Part shown: piece by piece, positions 1 through 8,491 of the stretch | Layout of the letters: the number at the start of each line of letters is the position of its first letter | Numbering within the stretch: position 1 is the first letter of the stretch | Notes under the pieces: model-generated | Told to the model about the DNA's origin: nothing | The model's input: only the letters and a program-made list of their open reading frames with translations | The model's database searches: none | Program-made: the position numbers and the translations under genes | Virus record (IMG/VR): IMGVR_UViG_3300020152_000026 | Coordinates: 1-59,905 of that record | Length of the DNA stretch: 59,905 bases | Direction: 5' to 3' (one strand) | Source: a virus | Lineage: Duplodnaviria > Caudoviricetes

Positions 1-86
1 CAGAATATCCTGCCAAGAACAAAGGTTATATAGCTGGATTCTTAAAAAATAAACGCAGGTACTTTAAATCAAAATGCATCAAATAA
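1..86 (+). CDS. 3' end of a CDS, probably the C-terminus of the HTH protein starting at 59380 (circular junction)
   Basis: Frame open from base 3 (EYPAKNKGYIAGFLKNKRRYFKSKCIK) to TAA 84-86; joining the last base of the window to base 1 keeps the 59380 ORF in frame. Confidence 0.55.
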   Translation, partial: EYPAKNKGYIAGFLKNKRRYFKSKCIK

Positions 87-87
87 G

Positions 88-336
88 GTGGTGTCAATCA
101 TGGCACATACTATTAAATGGGTTCAAACAGGTAAATGCAAGGACTGTAAGCCAACTTTGCAGCAAATTCAAAATAGGCGAGCGTGTCATGGTTGCTGGAA
201 AGTGTACGACAAATCAGATCAGGACGAAGCAGAAGCAGTTAAGATACAATATAAACACGTTAGAAGTAAACCAAACAGCAAGAGCCGGAAGATGTGCGTT
301 GCTGAGATAATAGATCACTATAACGAAGGAAGGTGA
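88..336 (+). CDS. small Cys-rich (CxxC...CxxC) hypothetical protein; ATG at 100 is the likely start
   Basis: CKDC and CHGC motifs; tightly packed between the upstream stop and terS. Confidence 0.6.
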   Translation: MVSIMAHTIKWVQTGKCKDCKPTLQQIQNRRACHGCWKVYDKSDQDEAEAVKIQYKHVRSKPNSKSRKMCVAEIIDHYNEGR

Positions 337-340
337 GAAC

Positions 341-778
341 ATGGCAGAAATGAAACTGAAACATAAGTTGTTTGCTAATGAGTATATTAAGAATGGTCAG
401 AACGCTACTAAGGCTTATTTGAAAGCTTATCCTGATGTAGACAATCCTGAATCTGCAAAAGTGCTAGGTAGTAAATTATTAACGAATATTAACGTCCGTG
501 CGTATATAGACGAACAGCTTAAAAGTATCGAGGATAAGAGCATTTTAAGCCGTGATGAAATCCTTCGACTATTAGCGCAAGGTGCAAGGGGAGAAATGAA
601 GGAACAAAGACCAGTATTCAACCCTGCAAGTGGTTCAATAGAAAAAATAGAAGTCGATATTGCTCCAAGAGATAGAATGAAATCATTAGAATTAGCTGGA
701 AAAACAATGTCGCTATTCACTGATAAGGTAGATGTAACCGGAGATATAACAATATCAGTTGACCTTGACGACGATTAA
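341..778 (+). CDS. terS: terminase small subunit
   Basis: KHKLFANEYIKNGQNATKAYLKAY...RMKSLELAGK is typical of Terminase_2; RBS GGAAGGTG. Confidence 0.9.
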   Translation: MAEMKLKHKLFANEYIKNGQNATKAYLKAYPDVDNPESAKVLGSKLLTNINVRAYIDEQLKSIEDKSILSRDEILRLLAQGARGEMKEQRPVFNPASGSIEKIEVDIAPRDRMKSLELAGKTMSLFTDKVDVTGDITISVDLDDD

Positions 779-783
779 AAAAC

Positions 784-923
784 CGTACCATAAAACTACA
801 CATAAATGGAACACTATAAAAACACAAGAAAAAAGCCTGTAAATGGTAATAATAAGTCATATTTACCCTATAAAAGTGTGTCAGAGGTTTTACAACCTTT
901 TTGATACACTGTATAATTACAGT
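784..923. promoter_or_regulatory. putative res site (three palindromic subsites) and promoter of the resolvase
   Basis: GTACCAT..ATGGAAC (785-812), AGTGTGTCA..TGATACACT with inner AGGTT/AACCT (875-910) and ACTGTA-TAAT-TACAGT (908-923), directly upstream of a serine resolvase. Confidence 0.6.
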
Positions 924-951
924 ATAAAGTAATTATATTGGAGGGGTAAAA

Positions 952-1524
952 GTGAATTATGCCTATGAGAGGGTATCAACCATCAAACAAGACGAGAAAA
1001 GGCAGGAAATAAGCCTAGAATCGTACAAAATTGATAAAAGGTATATTGATAAGATTACAGGTAAGAACGCTGATAGACCGCAGTTAAATGCTTTAAAACT
1101 AGATTGTCGTAAAGGTGACAATATTTATTGTGAAAGCATTAGCAGGTTAGGAAGAAATGTTGACGATCTACGGCAGTTAGCTGAATACTTCAACGAAAAA
1201 GGTGTAACGGTACACTTTATAAAAGAGGGTTTCAACACAAACGGTAATATGTATAAATTTCTTTTAACGGTTCTTGGAGCAGTTGCAGAAATGGAAAGAG
1301 AATTAATAGTTGACAGGGTAAGAGAAGGAATGCAGAAAGCACAAATACACGGTACAAGGTCAGGAAAGCCAATCGGAAGACCTGAGCGAGATTTACCCAA
1401 AGACTTTGATAAATACTATAGAAGATGGAAAGCCGATGAGATAACAGCGGTTGAATTTGCTAGATTGTTAGAGATAAGCAGATCAACATTATACAGGTAC
1501 ATAGATTTAAAAGAGCAGCTGTGA
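952..1524 (+). CDS. small serine recombinase (resolvase/invertase, Tn3/Hin type) with C-terminal HTH
   Basis: YERVST catalytic motif, DRPQL, SISRLGRN, AEMERELIVDRVREG, GRP, ISRSTLYRY; 190 aa, too short for a serine integrase. Confidence 0.93.
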   Translation: MNYAYERVSTIKQDEKRQEISLESYKIDKRYIDKITGKNADRPQLNALKLDCRKGDNIYCESISRLGRNVDDLRQLAEYFNEKGVTVHFIKEGFNTNGNMYKFLLTVLGAVAEMERELIVDRVREGMQKAQIHGTRSGKPIGRPERDLPKDFDKYYRRWKADEITAVEFARLLEISRSTLYRYIDLKEQL

Positions 1525-1540
1525 AAGGCTGCTTTTTATT
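1514..1540 (+). terminator. intrinsic terminator after the resolvase
   Basis: AGCAGC-loop-GCTGCT followed by TTTTATT. Confidence 0.7.
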
Positions 1541-1993
1541 ATGTGTAAATATAAATGTGTGTGTTGCATGATTTAAGACCGAATTTTCAGCAGCACATTT
1601 TTTTAGATTACCTTTTCAAAATACACCATTTTTATTAAGCACCCTTTAAAATATGGCATGTTTTTTCGGACTGACTATTCGGGAAGGTGTGCCTGCATTA
1701 AATATGAGGGTGGGGGGTACCCGGGGTATGTGTGTAGGTGGGGGTGGCTTCTCCTGCCGCCATACTAAAAAATATCTGTAAACCCATATAGGCGAATGGA
1801 ATTTCAAGTCAAAATCAAATAGCCATAGACTCTAAAGAGATAGACCGGACAATGTTACAAGTCAGGATAGGCTTGGGAAAACCGGATAGTATATAGCGAT
1901 AGCCTGCAAACGGTTCAATTCCGCATTTTAATCTGGAAATATGTTGTGTATGCCTGTGGTTTTTAAATAATTACGATGTAAAGCGAAATAATT

Positions 1994-2023
1994 AAGCACT
2001 TTCTTAATTAAAGGTGCTTTTTT
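1994..2023 (+). terminator. intrinsic terminator upstream of terL
   Basis: AAGCACTT...AGGTGCTT plus T-run. Confidence 0.6.
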
Positions 2024-2053
2024 AGTGTAAAAAAAATGAAGGGTGGTGATGCC

Positions 2054-3534
2054 ATGCCGAATATACATCTTGATATAAAGCCTAAAGTGTTTAATGACGT
2101 GTATTATCCATATTTGAAAAAGAATTGGAGATATGAAGTATATTACGGCGGTGCGTAGGTTCTGGGAAATCAGTCTTTATTGCTCAAAAGCTAGTATATA
2201 AGCTGCTAACACAAAAAATGAACTTGTTAGTAGTCAGAGACACCGCCAACACCAATAGAGATTCAACATTCGCACTATTAAAGCAGATCATCAATAAATG
2301 GTGCGGTGATAAAGTTGATACACTGTTTACCATTCGTGAATCAGATATGAGGATTAAGTGCGTGAATGGTAATGAAGTAATATTCCGTGGATTAGATGAT
2401 TCTGAGAAGATCAAGTCAATTACATTTACAAATGGAGAATTGACAGACATATGGTGCGAAGAAGCATCTGAAATAGAAGAAGCTAGTTTTAATCAGTTAA
2501 TTACTAGGCTTAGAGGTGGAAAATCAGAAAAATCAATATTTGTATCCTTTAATCCTATTAATATAAACCATTGGCTCAAAAAAAGGTTTATGGATAATCC
2601 CCCTGAAGGTTGCATGGTGCTTCACACTACATATAAAGACAATAAGTTTTTAAGTGAAGAAGATAAGCAAAGGTTAGAATACTTTAAAAATACTGACCCT
2701 TATTACTATCAAGTGTACGCACTTGGGGAATGGGGCGTACTAGGTAAATCAATATTCCCGGCTGAAACAGTCCAAAATAGAATAAATGCATTAAGACAGA
2801 TAAAACCACTCAAAAAGGGCTTTTTTGCATTTCTATATGAAGATGAAAAGATTATTGAGGACAGTATTAAGTGGATTGATGACTTTGAAACTGGCTATAT
2901 AGTAATCTATGCTGATGTTAAACGGTATTTTCCTTATGTAATAGGTGGAGATACCGCTGGTGATGGCTCAGACTGGTTTATTGGTCAAGTATTAGATAAT
3001 ACTGACGGTTCGCAGGTAGCCAAACTAAAACATCAATTCGATGAAGATTTGTATGCAAGACAGATGTTTTGTCTTGGTAAGTATTACAATTACGCTTTAC
3101 TTGGTATAGAAACAAATTATTCTACTTATCCGGTAAAAGAATTAGCAAGACTAGGCTATTATAAGCAGTTTATGAGAGAAGTAGAGGATAAAGTTACAAA
3201 GCAGAGAGAGAAAAGGCATGGATTTCAGACTAATAAACTGACAAGACCTTTAATTATTGCTGATTTAGTTAAGGTTGTACGTGAAAGTCCCGAATTGTTT
3301 AACGATATAGGCACATTAGAAGAAATGTTAACCTTTATCCGAAACGAAAGAGGTAGGGCAGAAGCACAAAAAGGCTCACACGATGATGAAATCATGGCTA
3401 TGGCTATAGCACATTATATAAGAGCGCAGCAAACCAAAGAAATTAAATCTCCTGCAAGTGCTAAGACCATGATTCAAAAGCACAAGCAACACTTAGCAAG
3501 ACAGGCAAGAGGAAGATCAAAACGAATAATGTAG
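2054..3534 (+). CDS. terL: terminase large subunit (PBSX family), frameshifted within Walker A near 2156
   Basis: ATG 2054 with RBS GGGTGGTGA reads MPNIHLD...YYGGA then TAG; the adjacent frame continues GSGKSVFIAQK into ORF 2218-3534 (FRGLDD, WCEEASE, SFNP, GEWG, GSHDDEIMA). Confidence 0.85.
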
Positions 3535-3560
3535 TACGAAAAAAGAAAGGAGTTGTTTAG

Positions 3561-3884
3561 ATGTTCAAAGATGTAATATTCCACAATGCGGCTGAAGAAG
3601 CTGGGAACGGAAACGAAGTATTTGTTAACCGTTCGCACACCTTAACCGTTGAAATATTTGGCACAAGTGAAACAAGGACAGTTACATTTTACGGAAAAGG
3701 TCTTGGCGGTGAATTAAGAGCAATAGAAGGAGAAAAATTAGCTGCAAGTACAACAAAAGCAACATCAACTACTGGTAATGATGAATTTTGGAGATTTAAA
3801 GTCGTTGGGTTGGTTAGTGTTGTAATGGACTTGACCGCAGTAAGTGGCGGTAATGTTTCAGTAAAAGGGAGGTTGATTGAATAA
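3561..3884 (+). CDS. putative small virion/decoration protein (beta-rich)
   Basis: Strong RBS; G/V/T-rich beta-strand pattern; lies in the head region. Confidence 0.55.
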   Translation: MFKDVIFHNAAEEAGNGNEVFVNRSHTLTVEIFGTSETRTVTFYGKGLGGELRAIEGEKLAASTTKATSTTGNDEFWRFKVVGLVSVVMDLTAVSGGNVSVKGRLIE

Positions 3885-5503
3885 TGGTATTATCAAATTT
3901 TCAAAAGAGTTTGTTAAATAAAGAATCTTATGCAGCGTGGAACGTTAAGCTTGGTGATATGCTAGAAGCTTTAGAAAATGGTACAGCACAAAATACCGCA
4001 GACTTAGCAGAGAGTACGTCATTGATACAACAAAATTATAAACTTGTAAATGTAGACCCAAACGAAGCTATAAGCGTACCGTCACAAACAAAACTTAATA
4101 TTGAGACTTATACAGAAGGTACAGATGAAATTGTTCACCCATCAATATTATTTTTCCCTAACAAATGGAATGGATATAAGTATTGGTTAGGGTATACATG
4201 CTTTGATAATAAAGATGCTAAACTAGAAAATCCTTGTATTGCGGTGTCTAATGATAATGTAAACTGGACTGTTCCAGAAGGTTTAGTAAATCCAATAGAA
4301 CCAGCACCAGCAGGACTTGAATATTTAGCAGATATTAATTTATTTATGTCACCTGACGAAAAAACGATGTATATGGTATTTAAGGAAACGGCAGGAACGC
4401 AACGTCAGACTTGGTTACGTTCATCAACTAATGGTGTTAATTGGACACCAAAGGTATTATTATTCCAAAACACATTTGAAGATGTAAGTCCAGCAGTTCT
4501 ATGGGACGGAACGCAATATGTTATGTGGACAGTAAAACATGCTGATACACCAAATAATATTTATATGCGTACCGCACCAAAGGCAGAAGGTCCGTGGTCG
4601 GAACCTTTATTATGTACTTATGTATTGCCCGAAGGTCAAGAGCCATGGCATATGGACGTAAGAAAATTAGGGAATCAATATCATATGTTACTCCAAACTA
4701 CAGCAACAGAACCGTTATATTTCGGAGTATCAAATAATGGAATTGATTGGACTTTTGGTAAAAAACCTTTGTTTTTAAGGGGTACTGTACCAAGCACTTT
4801 GAATTATGGATATTATAAATCAACCATATTCCCTATGTTAACAGATGACGGATTGAAATATGGATTATGGTATGGCACTGCCGAACCATACTATATATGC
4901 TATACTGAGTTAACATTTGACAGAACAAAATTATTAATAGATGGTAATAACAATGTTGCACAAGCATCGTTAGGAATATCACCGTGGGTATTTTGTGATA
5001 CTTTTAACCGTGCAGATACTACAGAAGGGTTAGGAACTTCAACAACAGGTCAAGCATGGTCTAGTGTTTTGGGCGATCCAATGGGTATATCGTCAAATAA
5101 AGCTTATTTATCTACATCTAATAATTCAAGATCAGTTGTAGACATAGGAATATCTAATTTTTATTTTGAAGGTACAGTTTCAACTCTTGGTAATACATCG
5201 GCTTATTTACTTTTCAGGTATGTTGATGCAAATAATCTTTGGAGACTAGGACATGGTGAAACAAGTGGTGTGCTGCAAAAAATTGTTGGAGGTACACTTA
5301 CGGATTTTGCATTACCTTACCAAGTAAAAGCAGGTTATAGGTTAGGAGTTGAATGTAATGGCGATATTGTAAGAATATATATTAACGGAAAAATGTGTTT
5401 TGAATTAACAGACGATGATAACAATACAGGTACAAAAGTAGGTATAAACCTTAATAATACAACTGCAAGATTAGACAACTTAATTGCAAGGTCTATTCTT
5501 TAA
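3884..5503 (+). CDS. putative head-fibre protein: N-terminal anchor, beta-propeller glycoside-hydrolase-like domain and C-terminal lectin-like beta-sandwich
   Basis: HPSILFFPNKWNGYKYW..ENPCIAVSNDNVNW, SSTNGVNW and SNNGIDW blade repeats; DTFNRAD..LGT..GQAW start of the C-terminal domain. Confidence 0.6.
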   Translation: MVLSNFQKSLLNKESYAAWNVKLGDMLEALENGTAQNTADLAESTSLIQQNYKLVNVDPNEAISVPSQTKLNIETYTEGTDEIVHPSILFFPNKWNGYKYWLGYTCFDNKDAKLENPCIAVSNDNVNWTVPEGLVNPIEPAPAGLEYLADINLFMSPDEKTMYMVFKETAGTQRQTWLRSSTNGVNWTPKVLLFQNTFEDVSPAVLWDGTQYVMWTVKHADTPNNIYMRTAPKAEGPWSEPLLCTYVLPEGQEPWHMDVRKLGNQYHMLLQTTATEPLYFGVSNNGIDWTFGKKPLFLRGTVPSTLNYGYYKSTIFPMLTDDGLKYGLWYGTAEPYYICYTELTFDRTKLLIDGNNNVAQASLGISPWVFCDTFNRADTTEGLGTSTTGQAWSSVLGDPMGISSNKAYLSTSNNSRSVVDIGISNFYFEGTVSTLGNTSAYLLFRYVDANNLWRLGHGETSGVLQKIVGGTLTDFALPYQVKAGYRLGVECNGDIVRIYINGKMCFELTDDDNNTGTKVGINLNNTTARLDNLIARSIL

Positions 5504-5578
5504 AATACTAAGATAAAAATAGAGGATATTTTCTTTATATGTCGAATTATACTATATTTCCAATAATAGACTAACGAG

Positions 5579-6259
5579 GTGACGTATATGTTTAACAAAA
5601 TAAAGAAAATATTTCTATTTTTATTAGGTATGCCTAAAACAATATATTTTAATCTTAAATATTTTGATTTTGCTACTGCTATTAAACTTCCTGTTTTAGT
5701 ATCACATAGAGTTGTACTGTTAAATACAAGTGGGAAACTTATTATTAATGCTAACATTAGACCTGGGCTGATAAAGATTGGCTTCGGCAATGTTGGTATA
5801 TTTGATAAAAAAAGGTCACGTTCCATTTGGGAAGTAGATGGCAATATAATTTTTAATGGCAAATGTGAGATTGGCCATGGTTCAAAAATATGTGTTGGTG
5901 GCACATTAATATTTGGTAATAATTTTACAATAAGTGCAGAATCAACAATCTTATGCTATAAAAAAATAAGCTTTGGTGATAATTGCGTTTTAGCATGGGA
6001 GAATTTAATTATGGACACAGACCACCATAAGATTATTGATAAAAAAACAGGTAAAGTTATTAATGAAGATAAGGAAATATCAATAGGGAATGATGTTTGG
6101 ATAGGTTGCAGATGTACAATATTAAAAGGTGCTAGGATTGGCAATAACTGTGTTGTGGCTGCAAACTCAACAGTTACAAAAGAATTTCTAGGAGAAGAAC
6201 AAATAATAGGCGGTACACCTTGTAAAATATTAAGAAACGATATTTGTTGGGAAGTTTAA
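5579..6259 (+). CDS. hexapeptide-repeat (LbH) O-acetyltransferase
   Basis: IMDTDHH, ISIGNDVWIGCRCTILKGARIGNNCVVAANSTVTK, GGTPCK. Confidence 0.85.
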   Translation: MTYMFNKIKKIFLFLLGMPKTIYFNLKYFDFATAIKLPVLVSHRVVLLNTSGKLIINANIRPGLIKIGFGNVGIFDKKRSRSIWEVDGNIIFNGKCEIGHGSKICVGGTLIFGNNFTISAESTILCYKKISFGDNCVLAWENLIMDTDHHKIIDKKTGKVINEDKEISIGNDVWIGCRCTILKGARIGNNCVVAANSTVTKEFLGEEQIIGGTPCKILRNDICWEV

Positions 6260-6309
6260 TTGCAGACTTGGATAATATTATGCAGTTCATAAAATCGAAT
6301 AAACAATAA

Positions 6310-6348
6310 ATAAAACCCCTTTGGAATGGTACTCCATTGGGGTTTTAT
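6310..6348 (+). terminator. intrinsic terminator-like hairpin
   Basis: ATAAAACCCC...GGGGTTTTAT. Confidence 0.55.
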
Positions 6349-6423
6349 TACGCTTATCTATACGCTGAGATATAGACAAGTAACAACATAATAACACTCA
6401 GCACCAAATAAATCAAGAGGAAG

Positions 6424-6687
6424 TTGGTGTCATTGATGTATGATGTATGCAATGAAAAGCATAAGAGAATAGATGAAAGATTAGACCATCATGATAAATG
6501 GCTTGGAGAACATGAAGAAAAAATAGATAGGTTAGACCGTTCAGATGCAAAAAATACAAATGCAATTGAGAATTTATGCAGCCAATTGGCAGGTCAAACA
6601 AAAGCAATATGGGGGTTAGTTAGTATGGTAGCAGCAGCACTAATTAGCTTCTTTTTTTATGCAGTACAACAAGGAATATTTAAGTAG
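6424..6687 (+). CDS. XhlA-like haemolysin/holin
   Basis: Coiled-coil N-terminus (RLDHHDK..IDRLDRSDAK..AIENLC) and a single C-terminal TM helix. Confidence 0.75.
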   Translation: MVSLMYDVCNEKHKRIDERLDHHDKWLGEHEEKIDRLDRSDAKNTNAIENLCSQLAGQTKAIWGLVSMVAAALISFFFYAVQQGIFK

Positions 6688-6701
6688 TCGAAGGGAGGTA
6701 A

Positions 6702-6902
6702 ATGAGTATGCAAAACAGGTTCAAGTCAAAAGTAGGTTGGTTAGCAATAGCCGCATTGGTAGGCTTTATTCTTGGGAATTATGGACTGTATGATGTTGTC
6801 GGATTAACAAATGAATCTTACCAGATGTTAGTAGACCTTATATTTGCAATGTTAACAGCGTTTGGTGTTTGGAATAATCCTGCCGATAAAGATAACTTTT
6901 AG
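6702..6902 (+). CDS. phage holin
   Basis: QNRFKSKVGW, two TM helices and FGVWNNP..KDNF, typical of small Firmicute holins. Confidence 0.8.
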   Translation: MSMQNRFKSKVGWLAIAALVGFILGNYGLYDVVGLTNESYQMLVDLIFAMLTAFGVWNNPADKDNF

Positions 6903-6917
6903 AAAGTGGGTTGAATC

Positions 6918-7292
6918 ATGAGTAATATAACTATTAAAGATTACCCATACCGTACAGTGTGTGAATTTGAAGGTAAAGGCATGGCTAAACACAGTATAGG
7001 CATAGGTAATGAAGTGGCAGTTCTAAGAAAGTTAATTTGTGATGATTGCTTAAAAGGAATAATCACAGAAGGACTTAAAAGGCTGTCAGAGGAAGATAGA
7101 AACGAGATAATATCAGAATACGTTACGGTTACAGAAAAGTCTACAGAAAGTCAAAATAACTCTGTAGCAATTGAAGAATTATCAAGGCAAGAGTTAATTG
7201 ATATGGCGAAAGAAAAAGGCATACAAGGTAGCTTAAATTTTATGAAAACCGAAAAGTTAATTGAGGAATTGAAAAAGTTTGAAACCTCATAA
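6918..7292 (+). CDS. hypothetical protein with C-terminal Rho-N/HeH-like helical motif
   Basis: LSRQELIDMAKEKGIQG..MKTEKLIEELK. Confidence 0.55.
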   Translation: MSNITIKDYPYRTVCEFEGKGMAKHSIGIGNEVAVLRKLICDDCLKGIITEGLKRLSEEDRNEIISEYVTVTEKSTESQNNSVAIEELSRQELIDMAKEKGIQGSLNFMKTEKLIEELKKFETS

Positions 7293-7322
7293 TAGCGGTT
7301 ATTTTGTTTGGTGGTGGTTTAA

Positions 7323-7949
7323 TTGATAAGTGATTTTGACAAGTATTTGCTTAATAAAGATTCACCAGCTAATTTTAATATTAGGCTTGGAGATATTGTT
7401 CAGGATATGCATAATGGTTTTTTTAAAGGCAATCCAACATGGAATGATTTAAACTTTGAAGGTACAGCATTATCTACTGGCAATTCTGCACCCGACTTAA
7501 TAAGTTTGTTTGGCAGTGGTGGCATAATTGGAAGAGGTTTTGACGGTGGCAATACTACAGAACAACTATTTGGTGGAAGTGAGATATTGCATGATTACAA
7601 AGAAGGAACAGACATACACTTTCACTTGCATTGGATGCCGACAACAACAGGTTTAGGTAATGTCAAATGGCAATTAGAATATACTTGGCAGAATATAGAT
7701 GGGACATTTTCTACACCTGAAACTCTTGAGTTGATAAGTGCCGCCGGAGGTACAGCATGGAAACATAACAAAGGAGAGTTTGAACCAATTAACGGTACAG
7801 GAATGAAGATAGGTTCACATATTTTATTTAGGATATTCAGGATTCCAACTGATGAACAAGATACATATTCAGCAGATGCAGCATTATTAAGTGTAGGAAT
7901 ACACTATCAAATAAATAGCACAGGTTCAAGTGAAATATATAAAAAATAA
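7323..7949 (+). CDS. putative head decoration/fibre protein (shared N-terminal anchor plus beta-sandwich)
   Basis: N-terminus paralogous to 3884; HDYKEGTDIHFHLHW..NVKWQLEY. Confidence 0.55.
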   Translation: MISDFDKYLLNKDSPANFNIRLGDIVQDMHNGFFKGNPTWNDLNFEGTALSTGNSAPDLISLFGSGGIIGRGFDGGNTTEQLFGGSEILHDYKEGTDIHFHLHWMPTTTGLGNVKWQLEYTWQNIDGTFSTPETLELISAAGGTAWKHNKGEFEPINGTGMKIGSHILFRIFRIPTDEQDTYSADAALLSVGIHYQINSTGSSEIYKK

Positions 7950-7969
7950 AAATTAGGAGGTATTTAGTT

Positions 7970-8275
7970 ATGAAGTTAACATCATTTCAAAAAACATTAA
8001 TCAATAAGGAAAACAGGGCATTAGAATCAATAGGCGGTGAAGCATTTGACGGACTTTGCAAAGTTGCATTAGTAGCTGGGAAGAATGGAGCAGAAACAAC
8101 ATTTTCTGATTCTTCAGCAAAAGAGATTGTTTGCGTATTGGCTGTTACTACTGCTACAGGTGCAGTTGCTACAAAGTTTTTACTAGCAGCTACAACGGAT
8201 TATACTTTTGCTGATGGTGTTTTGTCATGTGTTGGAGATAAGAGTGCAGTTACTTTGATAGTAGTGTATAAATAA
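7970..8275 (+). CDS. putative head decoration protein (shared N-terminal anchor)
   Basis: MKLTSFQKTLINKE resembles the 3884 and 7323 N-termini; strong RBS AGGAGG. Confidence 0.55.
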   Translation: MKLTSFQKTLINKENRALESIGGEAFDGLCKVALVAGKNGAETTFSDSSAKEIVCVLAVTTATGAVATKFLLAATTDYTFADGVLSCVGDKSAVTLIVVYK

Positions 8276-8290
8276 TATGGAGGTTTTGTT

Positions 8291-8488
8291 ATGGAATACA
8301 CTATTATTATTCTGTTATTAGCGGCCAGTATATATCGTGAACATATGCACCATAAAGAGCGTCAAGACTTATACAATCGAATAATGGCTAATAGCTATAC
8401 AGAATATCACAAGATAGATAAACCTCCACCCAAAGCACCACAGAGTAAATTTATAAAGGTACTTCACCCAGAGAAAGAAGGTGAGTAA
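8291..8488 (+). CDS. small membrane-anchored protein preceding the portal
   Basis: N-terminal hydrophobic segment, ERQDLYNRIMA motif; RBS GGAGG. Confidence 0.6.
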   Translation: MEYTIIILLLAASIYREHMHHKERQDLYNRIMANSYTEYHKIDKPPPKAPQSKFIKVLHPEKEGE

Positions 8489-8491
8489 AAC

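Noticed and set aside
952-1524. Integrase or tail-fibre shufflon invertase
   Set aside because: Too short for a large serine integrase; no inverted sites or reversed fibre segments seen near the tail genes
1815-1930. Canonical tRNA gene
   Set aside because: Only a T-arm-like hairpin; no acceptor, D or anticodon arms could be assembled
2156-2158. TAG stop-codon reassignment as the explanation for the terL break
   Set aside because: Readthrough stays in the wrong frame, and TAG correctly ends many genes here (terL, portal, holin)
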